A DNA stretch of 64,000 nucleotides from a virus: IMG/VR virus record IMGVR_UViG_3300045988_160639. One strand, 5' to 3'. The notes under the pieces are model-generated. The model worked only from the letters and a program-made list of their open reading frames with translations, was not told the origin of the DNA and ran no database searches. A program made the translations under genes and the position numbers. How positions within the stretch are numbered: position 1 is the first letter of the stretch; the number at the start of each line of letters is the position of its first letter. Of the stretch, positions 32,632 to 42,440 are shown piece by piece.

Positions 32632-35181
32632 GTGGATTACAATATCTTTGGTTACGATTTTGAAGTTTTTAAGTACGATTGGCTTGTTGTATTTGTTAAT
32701 AAGAATACATCTGAAAGAACAGTAATCGTTAATGACAGACAAGCTTTAAAGGATTTTTATAATACGAATAAAGACGCTATTTTTGTAGGATATAATTCAA
32801 GAAATTACGACCAGTTCGTTTTTAAAGGCATCTCGTGTAATATGAATCCAGCAATTATCAATGAAGAATTGATTGTTAAAGGGAAATCGGGCTATCAGAT
32901 TGTGAAAAAAGCAAAGGACATTCCTTTTAATAATTATGATGTTTCGGATATTCAGCATAGTTTAAAGCAGCTTGAAGCTTTTATGGGTCACGATATTAAA
33001 GAGTCGGAGGTTGATTTTACAATAGATAGACCTCTGACACAAGCCGAAATCGAAGAAACAATTAAGTATTGTACTCACGATGTAACGGAGTGTTTGGCTG
33101 TTCTCGATTATAAAATCGGTGATTTCGATGCTCAATTTAGTCTAATTGAAGCATTTGATTTACCTTTTGAGATGTTTAATAAGACTAAAGCACAGCTTTC
33201 AGCTCATATTCTCGGTGCAGTAAAACAGCACACAATGGACGATGAATTTGAATTTACAATTCCTCCGACTTTAAAATTGGGCAAAAAGTATCAGTTTGTA
33301 GTCGATTGGTTTAAAAATCCTGTGAATAAAGCTTATAAGACGGCAACTTATTCATATGAAAATCAGCACAAACGTGAATTAGATTGTATGATAGCAGGTG
33401 TTCCTCATATTTTTGCTTATGGTGGAGTACATGGTGCTATCCCTAACTATCACGCAAAAGGAATAATATTGTGCCTGGATGTTGCCAGCCTTTATCCGTC
33501 AATTATGATTGAATATGGTTATCTCAGCCGTAAACTCAAGAATCCTCAAAAGTACAAAGAGATTCGAGACGAAAGACTTAGACTTAAAAAGTTAAAGGAT
33601 AAACGTCAGCAACCTATGAAAATCGTACTTAATTCCACATATGGAATACTCAAAGATAAAAATAATCCACTTTATGACCCTCTTATGAGCAATAACGTTT
33701 GTGTTACAGGTCAACTTTTGCTTCTTGATTTGATTGAAAAGGTAGAGCCGTATTGTCAGTTGATTCAAAGTAATACAGATGGTATCTATATGCTTGTTAA
33801 AGATATGGAGACAGTAAAAATAATTGAAGATATTGCTCACGAATGGGAGACAAGAACAAGGCTCTCGCTCGAATTTGATATTTACAATGAGATTTATCAA
33901 AAAGATGTAAATAACTATATCATCATCTCCGAAGACGGACATTATAAATCAAAAGGAGCTTATCTTAAAAAACTAAGTCCCATTGATAATGACTTGCCTA
34001 TAATCAATACTGCTTTGATTGAATATTTTGTACATCAAACTCCTATTGCAGATACAATAAATAAATCGAATAAGTTGATTGATTTTCAAAAGGTTGTCAA
34101 GCTCACAAGTCTTTATAAGGGTGTTGTTTATGGAGAATGTGTTACAGAAACAATAGATGGTAAGTCAAAAGTTGTTGTTAAAAATGGAGAACATCTCAGA
34201 GAAAAAGTGCATAGAGTATTTGCCTCAACCAATCCTCACGCAAAAGCGCTGTATAAAACTAAAACAGAAAAGGGGGAACAGGTTTATGAAAAGATAGCTT
34301 ATACTCCTGACCATTGTTTTATCAATAACGATAATATCTTAGATGTTCCTGTCCCCGAAGAACTTGACCGTCAATATTATATCAATATGGCAACTGATAG
34401 ATTGAATCAGTTTCTTGAAGTCACTGAGGAAAAACACGATGTCATTCCAGAAATTTTGTATGATAATATGCTCAAAACAAATAATTTTTATGAATTTCTG
34501 GAATTATGCACACAGACCTTGCCTATTAAAATCAGCAATAAGATATTTACTAATTACATAATTGCTGATTGCTGTTTTAAATACGGTAAAACAAAGCATT
34601 TACTTGATTTTATCAAATGGTTTGACTTATTGTATGGAAAAGACAAATTAACAGTAAAACAGGCAGAAACTAAATTTGATAATGTTAAATCTATAATTGA
34701 TAAATATTCAGAACTAAGTGCAACAGGTAAAACTCTTATTATAGACAGCAAGAAAATCTTAATTGAACTATTTGATAATATTCCAGATGAAGATTTATAT
34801 TTACCTGAAATATTGGAGATGCAGATAAAACTATTTGAAAATTTAAGATATGTAAATTCAGAAATGAATGAAAATTACTATTATGTTCTCAATACCAGAA
34901 ATGAAATAAAGCCCAATTTAATAATTTATCAGCTTAGTACGGGTAATATTCTTAATGTTAAAGTTGATAAACAGATGTTTGATATTCTCTTTATACAAGA
35001 TGGTGACATCGTTCAAGTCAATAAATCTGAGTATAGATATGGAGTTAAAATCATCGGTAAAGACGAAGACGGAGTAAACATCACCGATGCAGATTATAAT
35101 AAGCAGTATTTATACTTGCTTGGATATGATATTCTGTACAGAGATTACTCAAAGTCCAATAAATCATTGGTGGAGGAATAA
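32632..35181 (+). CDS. Family B DNA polymerase with 3'-5' exonuclease
   Basis: Exo motifs FGYDFEVF, GYNSRNYDQ and YCTHDV; Pol motifs DVASLYPSIM, KIVLNSTYG and SNTDGIYM. Confidence 0.85.
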   Translation: MDYNIFGYDFEVFKYDWLVVFVNKNTSERTVIVNDRQALKDFYNTNKDAIFVGYNSRNYDQFVFKGISCNMNPAIINEELIVKGKSGYQIVKKAKDIPFNNYDVSDIQHSLKQLEAFMGHDIKESEVDFTIDRPLTQAEIEETIKYCTHDVTECLAVLDYKIGDFDAQFSLIEAFDLPFEMFNKTKAQLSAHILGAVKQHTMDDEFEFTIPPTLKLGKKYQFVVDWFKNPVNKAYKTATYSYENQHKRELDCMIAGVPHIFAYGGVHGAIPNYHAKGIILCLDVASLYPSIMIEYGYLSRKLKNPQKYKEIRDERLRLKKLKDKRQQPMKIVLNSTYGILKDKNNPLYDPLMSNNVCVTGQLLLLDLIEKVEPYCQLIQSNTDGIYMLVKDMETVKIIEDIAHEWETRTRLSLEFDIYNEIYQKDVNNYIIISEDGHYKSKGAYLKKLSPIDNDLPIINTALIEYFVHQTPIADTINKSNKLIDFQKVVKLTSLYKGVVYGECVTETIDGKSKVVVKNGEHLREKVHRVFASTNPHAKALYKTKTEKGEQVYEKIAYTPDHCFINNDNILDVPVPEELDRQYYINMATDRLNQFLEVTEEKHDVIPEILYDNMLKTNNFYEFLELCTQTLPIKISNKIFTNYIIADCCFKYGKTKHLLDFIKWFDLLYGKDKLTVKQAETKFDNVKSIIDKYSELSATGKTLIIDSKKILIELFDNIPDEDLYLPEILEMQIKLFENLRYVNSEMNENYYYVLNTRNEIKPNLIIYQLSTGNILNVKVDKQMFDILFIQDGDIVQVNKSEYRYGVKIIGKDEDGVNITDADYNKQYLYLLGYDILYRDYSKSNKSLVEE

Positions 35182-35185
35182 TATA

Positions 35186-37540
35186 ATGTTTGAAAATGAC
35201 GAGTCAATCATAAAATGCGAAATAAAATTAAGCAGAATATTTTATCCTAAGAATGTGAAATCTGTAGAAACAGGGGAATATGCAATATTTGCAGGCACAG
35301 TAGTTGTTCCTATTGAGAACTGCTACTTAGATGATGTCATCAAATTCAAGGGTAATGTTCCTGTTCTTGAATATGGAACATCATATAAGGTCACAGCTTC
35401 TCTCGCCGATCATCACGAAATTTATGGTGATACTTATGAAATTCTCTATATGAGTAAGAAAATAAATATCTCAAATAAAGAAAGTCAAAAGGAATTATTA
35501 AGTACAATTTTACCTGAAAAGACAGTAGAAAATTTGTTTAATACCTATGATGACATTGTTTCATTACTTGAAAAGAGAAATACAGAAGCACTGTGTAAAG
35601 TTAAAGGCATTACGGAATCCAATGTTGATAGACTGTACAGAGCTTATGACGATACAAAAGATTATAGTCAAATTTTTGTAGAACTTAGTAGGTCTGGACT
35701 GTCAGGAAATCTCATTAAGAAAATAACTGATTATTATAAATCTCCCGAAAAGGCATTAGACGTAATCAGAAAAACACCATATAAACTTGTAACAGTTGAT
35801 GGTATTGGTTTTAAAAAAGCAGATGAAATTGCTCTTAAAATGGGAGTAGATAAATTTGATTGTCAGAGAATTAAGGGATATTTAATTCACGTTTTGCTTG
35901 AACAAGCAGAATTAGGCAGAAGTTATCTTCATTATTCTGAGCTTATGAAAATGTTATATGATACCTTGGGTTTTGTGCCTGAAGAAATAGTCAATAAGAC
36001 AGCTCAGATAATGATAGATGATGGAAAAATACATATATCTGAAAATGGTGAAAACATAGGTCTTACAAGATATTATAATCTTGAAAAAGATATTTGCAAT
36101 GAAATTGTGAGACTTATGATTGGTTCATCTAAAGACAATGTTGATACTGATAAAAATTCTGTTCCTAAATATATTCCCAAAGATTTTAATATCTTTAATC
36201 CTGAAAATGTAATAGCGAAAGTTGAAGATGAACAAGGCTTTGAATTTACAGACGAACAGAAAAGTGCGATATATACTTGCTTAAACAACAGGGTTATTGC
36301 TATTACAGGTGGTGCAGGCGTTGGAAAGACTTCAACAGCAAACGGCATTTGTAAAATGTTTAATGGTTATTCAGTTTATGCAGTGGCACTTTCCGGTAAA
36401 GCAGCTTTGAGAATAACAGAAGCAACAGGACTTCCGGCAAGTACAATACATAAAGCGTTAGGGTGGTTCAAGGGACATTTTATTCATTGTAAGGAAAATC
36501 CTCTCGAAGCTGATATTGTCCTTATAGACGAAGCAACTATGATAAATGGCTCATTATTTAGAGATTTGCTTGAAGCCATTCCAACAGGGGCGAAAGTAAT
36601 AATAATGGGCGATGTACAGCAGTTGACACCAATAGGAAGTTGTCAGGTGTTTGCTGATATGTTAAACAGTGGTGTAGTTCCAACAGTGAGACTGACTAAA
36701 CTTCATAGACAAGCTTTGAATAGTGGTATCATTCCTACATCTATTAAGGTAACAAACCAAGAACAGTTGTTTTCAAACACATATCAGGGTTCAGAAATCA
36801 TTGGTGAATTGCAAGATATGGAGTTAAATATTACTACTGAAAAATGTAATTTATCTGATTATGTAGTTGAAAAGTTTAAGCAAGAATATGAAAAATTCAA
36901 AGATATAAATGAAGTTCAGGTTGTATCAGCTATGAAAACAAGAGGCGATCTGAGTTGTTATAACTTAAATACCAAAATTCAAGAAGTATATAATCCCATT
37001 TCAGAGGACGATATTTTCATTGAAATTAAGCTTTCTGAAAAGAAGGGTAAGACAACAGATATATCTTCTGTCAAGAAATACAGGATTAAGGTTGGTGATA
37101 AAGTAATCAATACTAAGAATAACTACACCTGTACTGATTTAGATGGTAATGTTTGCCCTGTATTTAACGGTAATATAGGTACAGTCACCAATGTAACACA
37201 AAACGGTATCACTATTGATTTCATCGGTATTGGAGAAGTGTGGTTTGGCAGAGACAAATTCAAAAATCTTGAATTAGGATATTGTATTACAACTCATAAA
37301 TCACAAGGCTCGGGTTTTAAATCGACTATAATAGCTTTAGATGGTAGTAGCTATATAATGAATAATGCAGAATTGCTCTATACAGCTATCACAAGAGCAA
37401 AGAAATATTGTATCCTTGTGGCAACAAATTCTGCTGTCAGAAGTGCTATAAGTCATAAGGAAGTTAATAACAAACAAACATATCTCAAGGATATGCTTAT
37501 TAATAATGAAGACCTGAAAGGAGACTTTACAAATGAATGA
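35186..37540 (+). CDS. RecD-like (RecD2/SF1B) DNA helicase
   Basis: Walker A GGAGVGKTS, Walker B VLIDEATM, TTHKSQGSGF, YTAITRAKK. SD GGAGGA precedes the ATG at 35186. Confidence 0.8.
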   Translation: MFENDESIIKCEIKLSRIFYPKNVKSVETGEYAIFAGTVVVPIENCYLDDVIKFKGNVPVLEYGTSYKVTASLADHHEIYGDTYEILYMSKKINISNKESQKELLSTILPEKTVENLFNTYDDIVSLLEKRNTEALCKVKGITESNVDRLYRAYDDTKDYSQIFVELSRSGLSGNLIKKITDYYKSPEKALDVIRKTPYKLVTVDGIGFKKADEIALKMGVDKFDCQRIKGYLIHVLLEQAELGRSYLHYSELMKMLYDTLGFVPEEIVNKTAQIMIDDGKIHISENGENIGLTRYYNLEKDICNEIVRLMIGSSKDNVDTDKNSVPKYIPKDFNIFNPENVIAKVEDEQGFEFTDEQKSAIYTCLNNRVIAITGGAGVGKTSTANGICKMFNGYSVYAVALSGKAALRITEATGLPASTIHKALGWFKGHFIHCKENPLEADIVLIDEATMINGSLFRDLLEAIPTGAKVIIMGDVQQLTPIGSCQVFADMLNSGVVPTVRLTKLHRQALNSGIIPTSIKVTNQEQLFSNTYQGSEIIGELQDMELNITTEKCNLSDYVVEKFKQEYEKFKDINEVQVVSAMKTRGDLSCYNLNTKIQEVYNPISEDDIFIEIKLSEKKGKTTDISSVKKYRIKVGDKVINTKNNYTCTDLDGNVCPVFNGNIGTVTNVTQNGITIDFIGIGEVWFGRDKFKNLELGYCITTHKSQGSGFKSTIIALDGSSYIMNNAELLYTAITRAKKYCILVATNSAVRSAISHKEVNNKQTYLKDMLINNEDLKGDFTNE

Positions 37541-37646
37541 GATGACTAACGTATTCAAGATATTCAATCAGCTCCAGTCAACAAGCAAAAAATTTGAAAA
37601 GATTGAAATTCTGAAAGCTAATGAAAGAAACATTTTATCGTTTTAA
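37533..37646 (+). pseudogene. 37-aa relic of a DNA ligase 5' end
   Basis: MTNVFKIFNQLQSTSKKFEKIEILKANE compared with MNNVFKIFNQLQSTSKKNEKITILKVNE, the ligase N-terminus at 38695. Confidence 0.6.
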
Positions 37647-37662
37647 AAGAGGAGAACTGCAA

Positions 37663-38679
37663 ATGAATAACAATACTTCAACTACGAATTTACCACAAAT
37701 GTTATGTATAAAAACAGATAAAGGTTGTTTTATATCTGATTGTCTTACTGTAAATGGTTACGATTATGAGTATCATAGAACTGAAATTGATAATCTTCTG
37801 TTTGATGGTAAAAAAGCTGTAGGAGCGCATTGTAAGAATTGGTATTACATTGATAAATATCCAACACTTATCCAAAGAAAAGAATCAGGAGAGAGTATCA
37901 ATAGAAGATATGAGATTAAAAATGAATCTTTGATCTCAGATAGCCTACCAGCTGTTATTCCTTATGAAGAAGCCGAAAATTATGATAGTGATGTTGTTGA
38001 TGCTTTATATTTTTATAAGTGGGATCAAGAGCCACCACATTTAAAAGAAATAATTTATGATATTCAAGTAATTTGTGAGATAGAAAATTATAACTTCCCT
38101 CCTAAAATTGAATATAAGGGCTTTCATCATAATCGCAGTAGTTGCTCTGACGAGCGATATATTATTACAAATGCAAATGTTCAGCATCAAATGTTAGACA
38201 AAATAATATTTCCAGAAGTAACACTTCATGAATATCCTTGCAAATTTACATCTAAGCAAATGTACGATATTACAAGACAGTACATTATTGAACACATTGA
38301 TAATTCGGTTGCAAAAATTACTTCCAACTACGATTTTTGTTTTGAAGTAAGAAAAATTATACCAATGATTGAACCTGAAACCGTTACATATACAAATATT
38401 TTTGCAAAAACTAAACGTGAAAGAAATAAGATACATACAGTTATAAAAGAATACGATGAAAAGAAAATTTTTTCTATGACACATAAAAATGAACAATATA
38501 AAGGTTATCCTATTATACCCGAGATGTGTGCAAACAACGAAGCTGAGTTAAAAGAAAAAGTTGATATGTGGTTAGAAAACTTAATCAAACTGATTAATGA
38601 ACCTTTATACCAGTGTCCGCAATGTAAGGGTCTTGGTTATGTTAATAACGTTTCTGAGATTGGTTTTGATTATGAATGA
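37663..38679 (+). CDS. Hypothetical protein (inserted cassette), C-terminal CPQCKGLG
   Basis: SD GAGGAG precedes the ATG at 37663. The gene lies between the ligase relic and the intact ligase. Confidence 0.55.
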   Translation: MNNNTSTTNLPQMLCIKTDKGCFISDCLTVNGYDYEYHRTEIDNLLFDGKKAVGAHCKNWYYIDKYPTLIQRKESGESINRRYEIKNESLISDSLPAVIPYEEAENYDSDVVDALYFYKWDQEPPHLKEIIYDIQVICEIENYNFPPKIEYKGFHHNRSSCSDERYIITNANVQHQMLDKIIFPEVTLHEYPCKFTSKQMYDITRQYIIEHIDNSVAKITSNYDFCFEVRKIIPMIEPETVTYTNIFAKTKRERNKIHTVIKEYDEKKIFSMTHKNEQYKGYPIIPEMCANNEAELKEKVDMWLENLIKLINEPLYQCPQCKGLGYVNNVSEIGFDYE

Positions 38680-38694
38680 TAAAGGAGAACACAG

Positions 38695-39966
38695 ATGAAT
38701 AATGTTTTTAAAATTTTCAATCAACTTCAATCTACGTCAAAGAAAAATGAAAAAATAACAATTCTTAAAGTTAATGAGAGTAATAGTCTTTTTACTGATA
38801 CATTAAAATGGCTTTTAAATCCGTTTGTGATAACAGGAATCAGCACCAAAAAGCTTAACAAATCAGTTAAGTATGATACGACTCCAATTCAGACTTGGCG
38901 AGATATGATGATATATCTTGAAGCAAACAATACAGGCAGAGATACAGATATAGCTATTGTGCAAGGTTTTATCAGTCTACAGCCCGAAGAGTATAAGGAA
39001 TATTACAGACAGCTTGTAACGAAGTCTCTGAAGCTTGGTATAGATGCTAAGACAGTAAATAGTATATATGGTAAAGGATTTATTCCTGTGTTTGATGTGC
39101 AACTTGGCACTCCTATTGATAAGGTTAAGCTTAAAGGTGATGAATATATTTACATAAGTCAAAAAATGAACGGAACAAGATGTGTTTATTATAATGGTAG
39201 GCTATATAGTCGTTCAGGTAAAGAATTTACAGGTCTTGACCATATAATTTCCGATATTCAGAAATTCAATCTTCCTGACCTTGTATTTGACGGTGAACTT
39301 ATTCGTAAAAATACAGACGGTAAATCAGACAGCGAAAACTTTCAAATAGGTACAGGAATTGCAAATAGTAAAGATATAGATAAGTCTTGCCTTGAATATG
39401 TGATTTTTGACTGCCTTCCTAAAAATGAGTTTATGGCTGGTGAGAGCCTATTAAAATATGGAGAACGTAAGAAGTATCTTACTGATATAATCGCAAAAAA
39501 GATAAAGAACAACGATATTAAAAATCTTAGAATCGTTCCAATGTGGTATGAGGGTACAGACCATTTGCAGATACAGAAATGGCTTGAATATGCCGAAAGC
39601 ACAGATAAGGAAGGTTGTATGGTTCAGTTTGATACTACATATAAATGTAAGAGAACCAAGGAACTCATTAAGGTCAAGTGCTTCTATGACTGCGATTTAA
39701 AGTGTATTGATATTGAGCAGGGAACAGGCAAGAACATAAATACTCTTGGCTCAATCCTCTGCGAGTATAAAAACAACATTGTAAAAGTTGGTTCTGGGTT
39801 TACCGATGAGCAGAGAAATTATTATTGGGATAATCCTGATGAAATCATCGGTAAGATAGTCACAGTTAAGTATAAGGAAGAAACTAAGAATAAAGATGGT
39901 AGTTATTCTTTACAGTTTCCAGTGTTTCAGACAGTAAGATTCGATAAAACCGAGCCAAATGTATAA
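38695..39966 (+). CDS. ATP-dependent DNA ligase
   Basis: Adenylation motif I KMNGTR; EGCMV and LIKVK motifs. Confidence 0.8.
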   Translation: MNNVFKIFNQLQSTSKKNEKITILKVNESNSLFTDTLKWLLNPFVITGISTKKLNKSVKYDTTPIQTWRDMMIYLEANNTGRDTDIAIVQGFISLQPEEYKEYYRQLVTKSLKLGIDAKTVNSIYGKGFIPVFDVQLGTPIDKVKLKGDEYIYISQKMNGTRCVYYNGRLYSRSGKEFTGLDHIISDIQKFNLPDLVFDGELIRKNTDGKSDSENFQIGTGIANSKDIDKSCLEYVIFDCLPKNEFMAGESLLKYGERKKYLTDIIAKKIKNNDIKNLRIVPMWYEGTDHLQIQKWLEYAESTDKEGCMVQFDTTYKCKRTKELIKVKCFYDCDLKCIDIEQGTGKNINTLGSILCEYKNNIVKVGSGFTDEQRNYYWDNPDEIIGKIVTVKYKEETKNKDGSYSLQFPVFQTVRFDKTEPNV

Positions 39967-39986
39967 TTATAAGTAAATAATAAAAA
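39965..39986 (+). repeat. Copy of the dispersed motif AATTATAAGTAAATAATAAAAA
   Basis: The core AATTATAAGTAAATAATAA is identical at 40053-40071, and the full 22-mer recurs at 52293-52314. The shorter core AAGTAAATAATAA is at 2715, 25484 and 43396. Confidence 0.7.
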
Positions 39987-40011
39987 TGAGCAAAATAATT
40001 TGAAAAACCAC

Positions 40012-40039
40012 TTGACATTTCTGTTAGATATGGTATAAT
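40012..40039 (+). promoter_or_regulatory. Promoter TTGACA-N16-TATAAT
   Basis: Hexamers at 40012-40017 and 40034-40039, flanked by two copies of the dispersed motif. Confidence 0.6.
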
Positions 40040-40052
40040 AAGTATGTAATCA

Positions 40053-40072
40053 AATTATAAGTAAATAATAAT
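40053..40072 (+). repeat. Second copy of the AATTATAAGTAAATAATAA motif, just downstream of the -10
   Basis: 19 nt identical to 39965-39983. Confidence 0.7.
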
Positions 40073-40112
40073 ATGGTTACGCAAAATATAATAATTAAAG
40101 GAGAATATAAAA

Positions 40113-40688
40113 ATGTATACAGCAACGGAGAATGTAAAAACGTATACGTCAACAGCAGCAGCAACAACAATGAGATATGATGAAACTATACCAGTACGAT
40201 GCTCAGATGAAGCGTATTCAAGGTTCATGACTAATATTGCACATGGACTTCCTATTAGTCATGCTGTCAACTATGCAGTATCTAATTGTGAAATACAGCA
40301 GTTCACTAAGTATGATACTACATACATAAGAACAGTGCTTACTTTTGCAGACGGTTCAAAGGAATCGGTGGAGTGTCCTGCTAACAAGGCAGATGCTTAT
40401 TATGGTTTCACAACTTGTTATGCAAAGCATATAGCAAAGAAGTTCCTCGGTAAGAATATCTCGAATATGGCTGATTACTGGCTCATCACTAAGCCTAAGA
40501 GAGAAGCCGAGGAATGTGCAAAGGCTGATGCTCAGAGAGCAGAAGAACAGAGACTTGCGGAACGTGATAAGAAGAGACGTGAAAAGTATAGAATCCGTAT
40601 GGAAGCAATTAGACGTAAGGAAGCTTACGAGGCATCTAAACTTGCTGAAGAAAAGTATGGAGTGCCAGCTGATTGGTCTGAAAAGTAA
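40113..40688 (+). CDS. Hypothetical protein with a charged helical C-terminus
   Basis: SD AAAGGAG; the C-terminus is rich in E, K and R. Confidence 0.55.
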   Translation: MYTATENVKTYTSTAAATTMRYDETIPVRCSDEAYSRFMTNIAHGLPISHAVNYAVSNCEIQQFTKYDTTYIRTVLTFADGSKESVECPANKADAYYGFTTCYAKHIAKKFLGKNISNMADYWLITKPKREAEECAKADAQRAEEQRLAERDKKRREKYRIRMEAIRRKEAYEASKLAEEKYGVPADWSEK

Positions 40689-40707
40689 TATCTAAGGAGA
40701 TATTAAA

Positions 40708-41046
40708 ATGAGAGTAATGACGTTTGCAATAATAGTAAATGCGATAATCTTTGTTGCGAATATGACCTATATGGATTGTATCAGCAAAGAAGTATATAAA
40801 AATCTCAAAAGATTTGCAAAGTTTAAGTGTTTGACCAAAGAATTTGAGGAATATGACACTTTAAATAGTAAATATTGTGGTGGATTTTTTACTTATCTTA
40901 TGTTTGCTGTTCCTGTTATAAATGTTATTACTCTCTTTATATCCTGTTTCGACTATGATAACATGGTTTCAGAAATTCAAGAAACAGCCAATGATAAGTT
41001 TATGAACTGGGTTGAAAGCAGAAAGGGTGAGATAAATGTCAAATAA
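40708..41046 (+). CDS. Membrane protein
   Basis: Two hydrophobic helices; AAGGAGATATTAAA-ATG context. Confidence 0.5.
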   Translation: MRVMTFAIIVNAIIFVANMTYMDCISKEVYKNLKRFAKFKCLTKEFEEYDTLNSKYCGGFFTYLMFAVPVINVITLFISCFDYDNMVSEIQETANDKFMNWVESRKGEINVK

Positions 41047-41242
41047 AGATTCAAATAATAATTCTAACTTTACATTTGGTGAACGTCTTGTATTTTTATT
41101 GTTTTTTGGAATACTTACGCTTATGCTAATATCTATTATTTTGAAGCTCTGTGATATTATTCATTGGGATTGGGAATACATACTTGCTCCGATCTGGCTT
41201 CCAATAATTTCGTTTGCGCTAATTATTATTGCTTCTGAATAA
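41036..41242 (+). CDS. Small membrane protein
   Basis: Two TM helices. Confidence 0.5.
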   Translation: MSNKDSNNNSNFTFGERLVFLLFFGILTLMLISIILKLCDIIHWDWEYILAPIWLPIISFALIIIASE

Positions 41243-41300
41243 TTGTTAGTGTGATTTTATTTAATACAATAAAGATTGATTTTATAAAGGAGATGTTAAA

Positions 41301-42209
41301 ATGATACATAAGAAATTTATGAATATTCAAAGAATTAAGCCTGAATACGCTGATGGTTTTAACGTTGGTGATTACATAGTTATTCAAGAAAAGATTGACG
41401 GTGTAAACGCAGCAATCAGATATGATGCTGAAACTGATACAATAGTCGCTCAGTCAAGAAAGAATATTCTCGGCATCGGTAATAATCTTAGAGGATTTTA
41501 TGAGTGGTCACAGACACTTGATAAAGAGATTGTAAAATCTGTTCTCGGTGACAATCTTATATTGTTTATGGAATGGCTTGTACCTCACACTTTGCCCCAT
41601 CCAGAAGAGCGTTATAATCATACTTATTGTTATGACGTGTATGATAATAATACAGAAAAGTATCTTCCTCAGAGTACAGTTCAAGCTATTGTAAGCAAAC
41701 TTAATCTTACTTATGTTCCTACATTTTATGAGGGTAAATTTATTTCTTGGGAACATTGTATAAGTTTTGTGGGTAAAACTGAGCTTGGTGGTGAACACGG
41801 CGAAGGAATTGTAATTAAAAATCAGACAATGCTTAACAATCCTAATGCCCGTCAGCCGTTCTACATCAAGATTGTAGCTGAAAAATTTCAGGAAACACAT
41901 ACTCATAAAGAAGCAAGAGTTGTTGACCCAATGACGATGAAAAAGAGAGAAGAAGTCCAGAAGCTTGCCGAAACTATCGTTACAGAAGCAAGAGTAAGGA
42001 AACTTCTTAATAAGTTTGTTGATGAAGGTATTCTCCCTGAGAATTGGTCTTTAGAGGAAATGCCTATTATTGTAAAGAACTTAACTAAGGCTGTTTACGA
42101 GGATTGTGTTAAGGAAGAATCTGAGACAGTAAAGCAGATTGATAATTTCGGCAAGGTTGCTAATGGCATCGCTATGAAATTAGCAAGAAATATTGCAAGT
42201 GAAAGATAA
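41301..42209 (+). CDS. ATP-dependent RNA ligase (nucleotidyltransferase superfamily)
   Basis: Motif I EKIDGVNA, motif IV GEGIVIKN, motif V YIKIV. Confidence 0.65.
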   Translation: MIHKKFMNIQRIKPEYADGFNVGDYIVIQEKIDGVNAAIRYDAETDTIVAQSRKNILGIGNNLRGFYEWSQTLDKEIVKSVLGDNLILFMEWLVPHTLPHPEERYNHTYCYDVYDNNTEKYLPQSTVQAIVSKLNLTYVPTFYEGKFISWEHCISFVGKTELGGEHGEGIVIKNQTMLNNPNARQPFYIKIVAEKFQETHTHKEARVVDPMTMKKREEVQKLAETIVTEARVRKLLNKFVDEGILPENWSLEEMPIIVKNLTKAVYEDCVKEESETVKQIDNFGKVANGIAMKLARNIASER

Positions 42210-42221
42210 GGAGATAATAAT

Positions 42222-42419
42222 ATGCCCTATGTAAATCAGGAACAGTACAATAAACAACGTAATCTCAGAGATATGATTGATGGATTGCTAAATCGTATTG
42301 CTGTTACACATGATTTGGAAGAAATTGATAAAAGGGTTAACTGTTTACATGGTAGTATTTTGAGATATGCTCAAATGCACCGTGATCGCATAAATGGTGT
42401 TTATAAGGAGAATATTTAA
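42222..42419 (+). CDS. Hypothetical protein
   Basis: SD AAGGAG. Confidence 0.45.
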   Translation: MPYVNQEQYNKQRNLRDMIDGLLNRIAVTHDLEEIDKRVNCLHGSILRYAQMHRDRINGVYKENI

Positions 42420-42440
42420 ATGAGAAGGAGATATTAAAAA

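Noticed and set aside
33592-33942. Antisense shadow ORFs inside long genes (also 18144-18695, 22660-23049, 38194-38496, 41508-41906, 36073-36348, 29323-29607 and others).
   Set aside because: They lie wholly within, and antisense to, motif-supported genes, and are rich in Ile, Phe and Leu as expected from AT-rich antisense frames.
35087-35185. Upstream extension of the RecD-like helicase ORF.
   Set aside because: It overlaps the polymerase C-terminus. A GGAGGA SD precedes the ATG at 35186, which begins the plausible protein.
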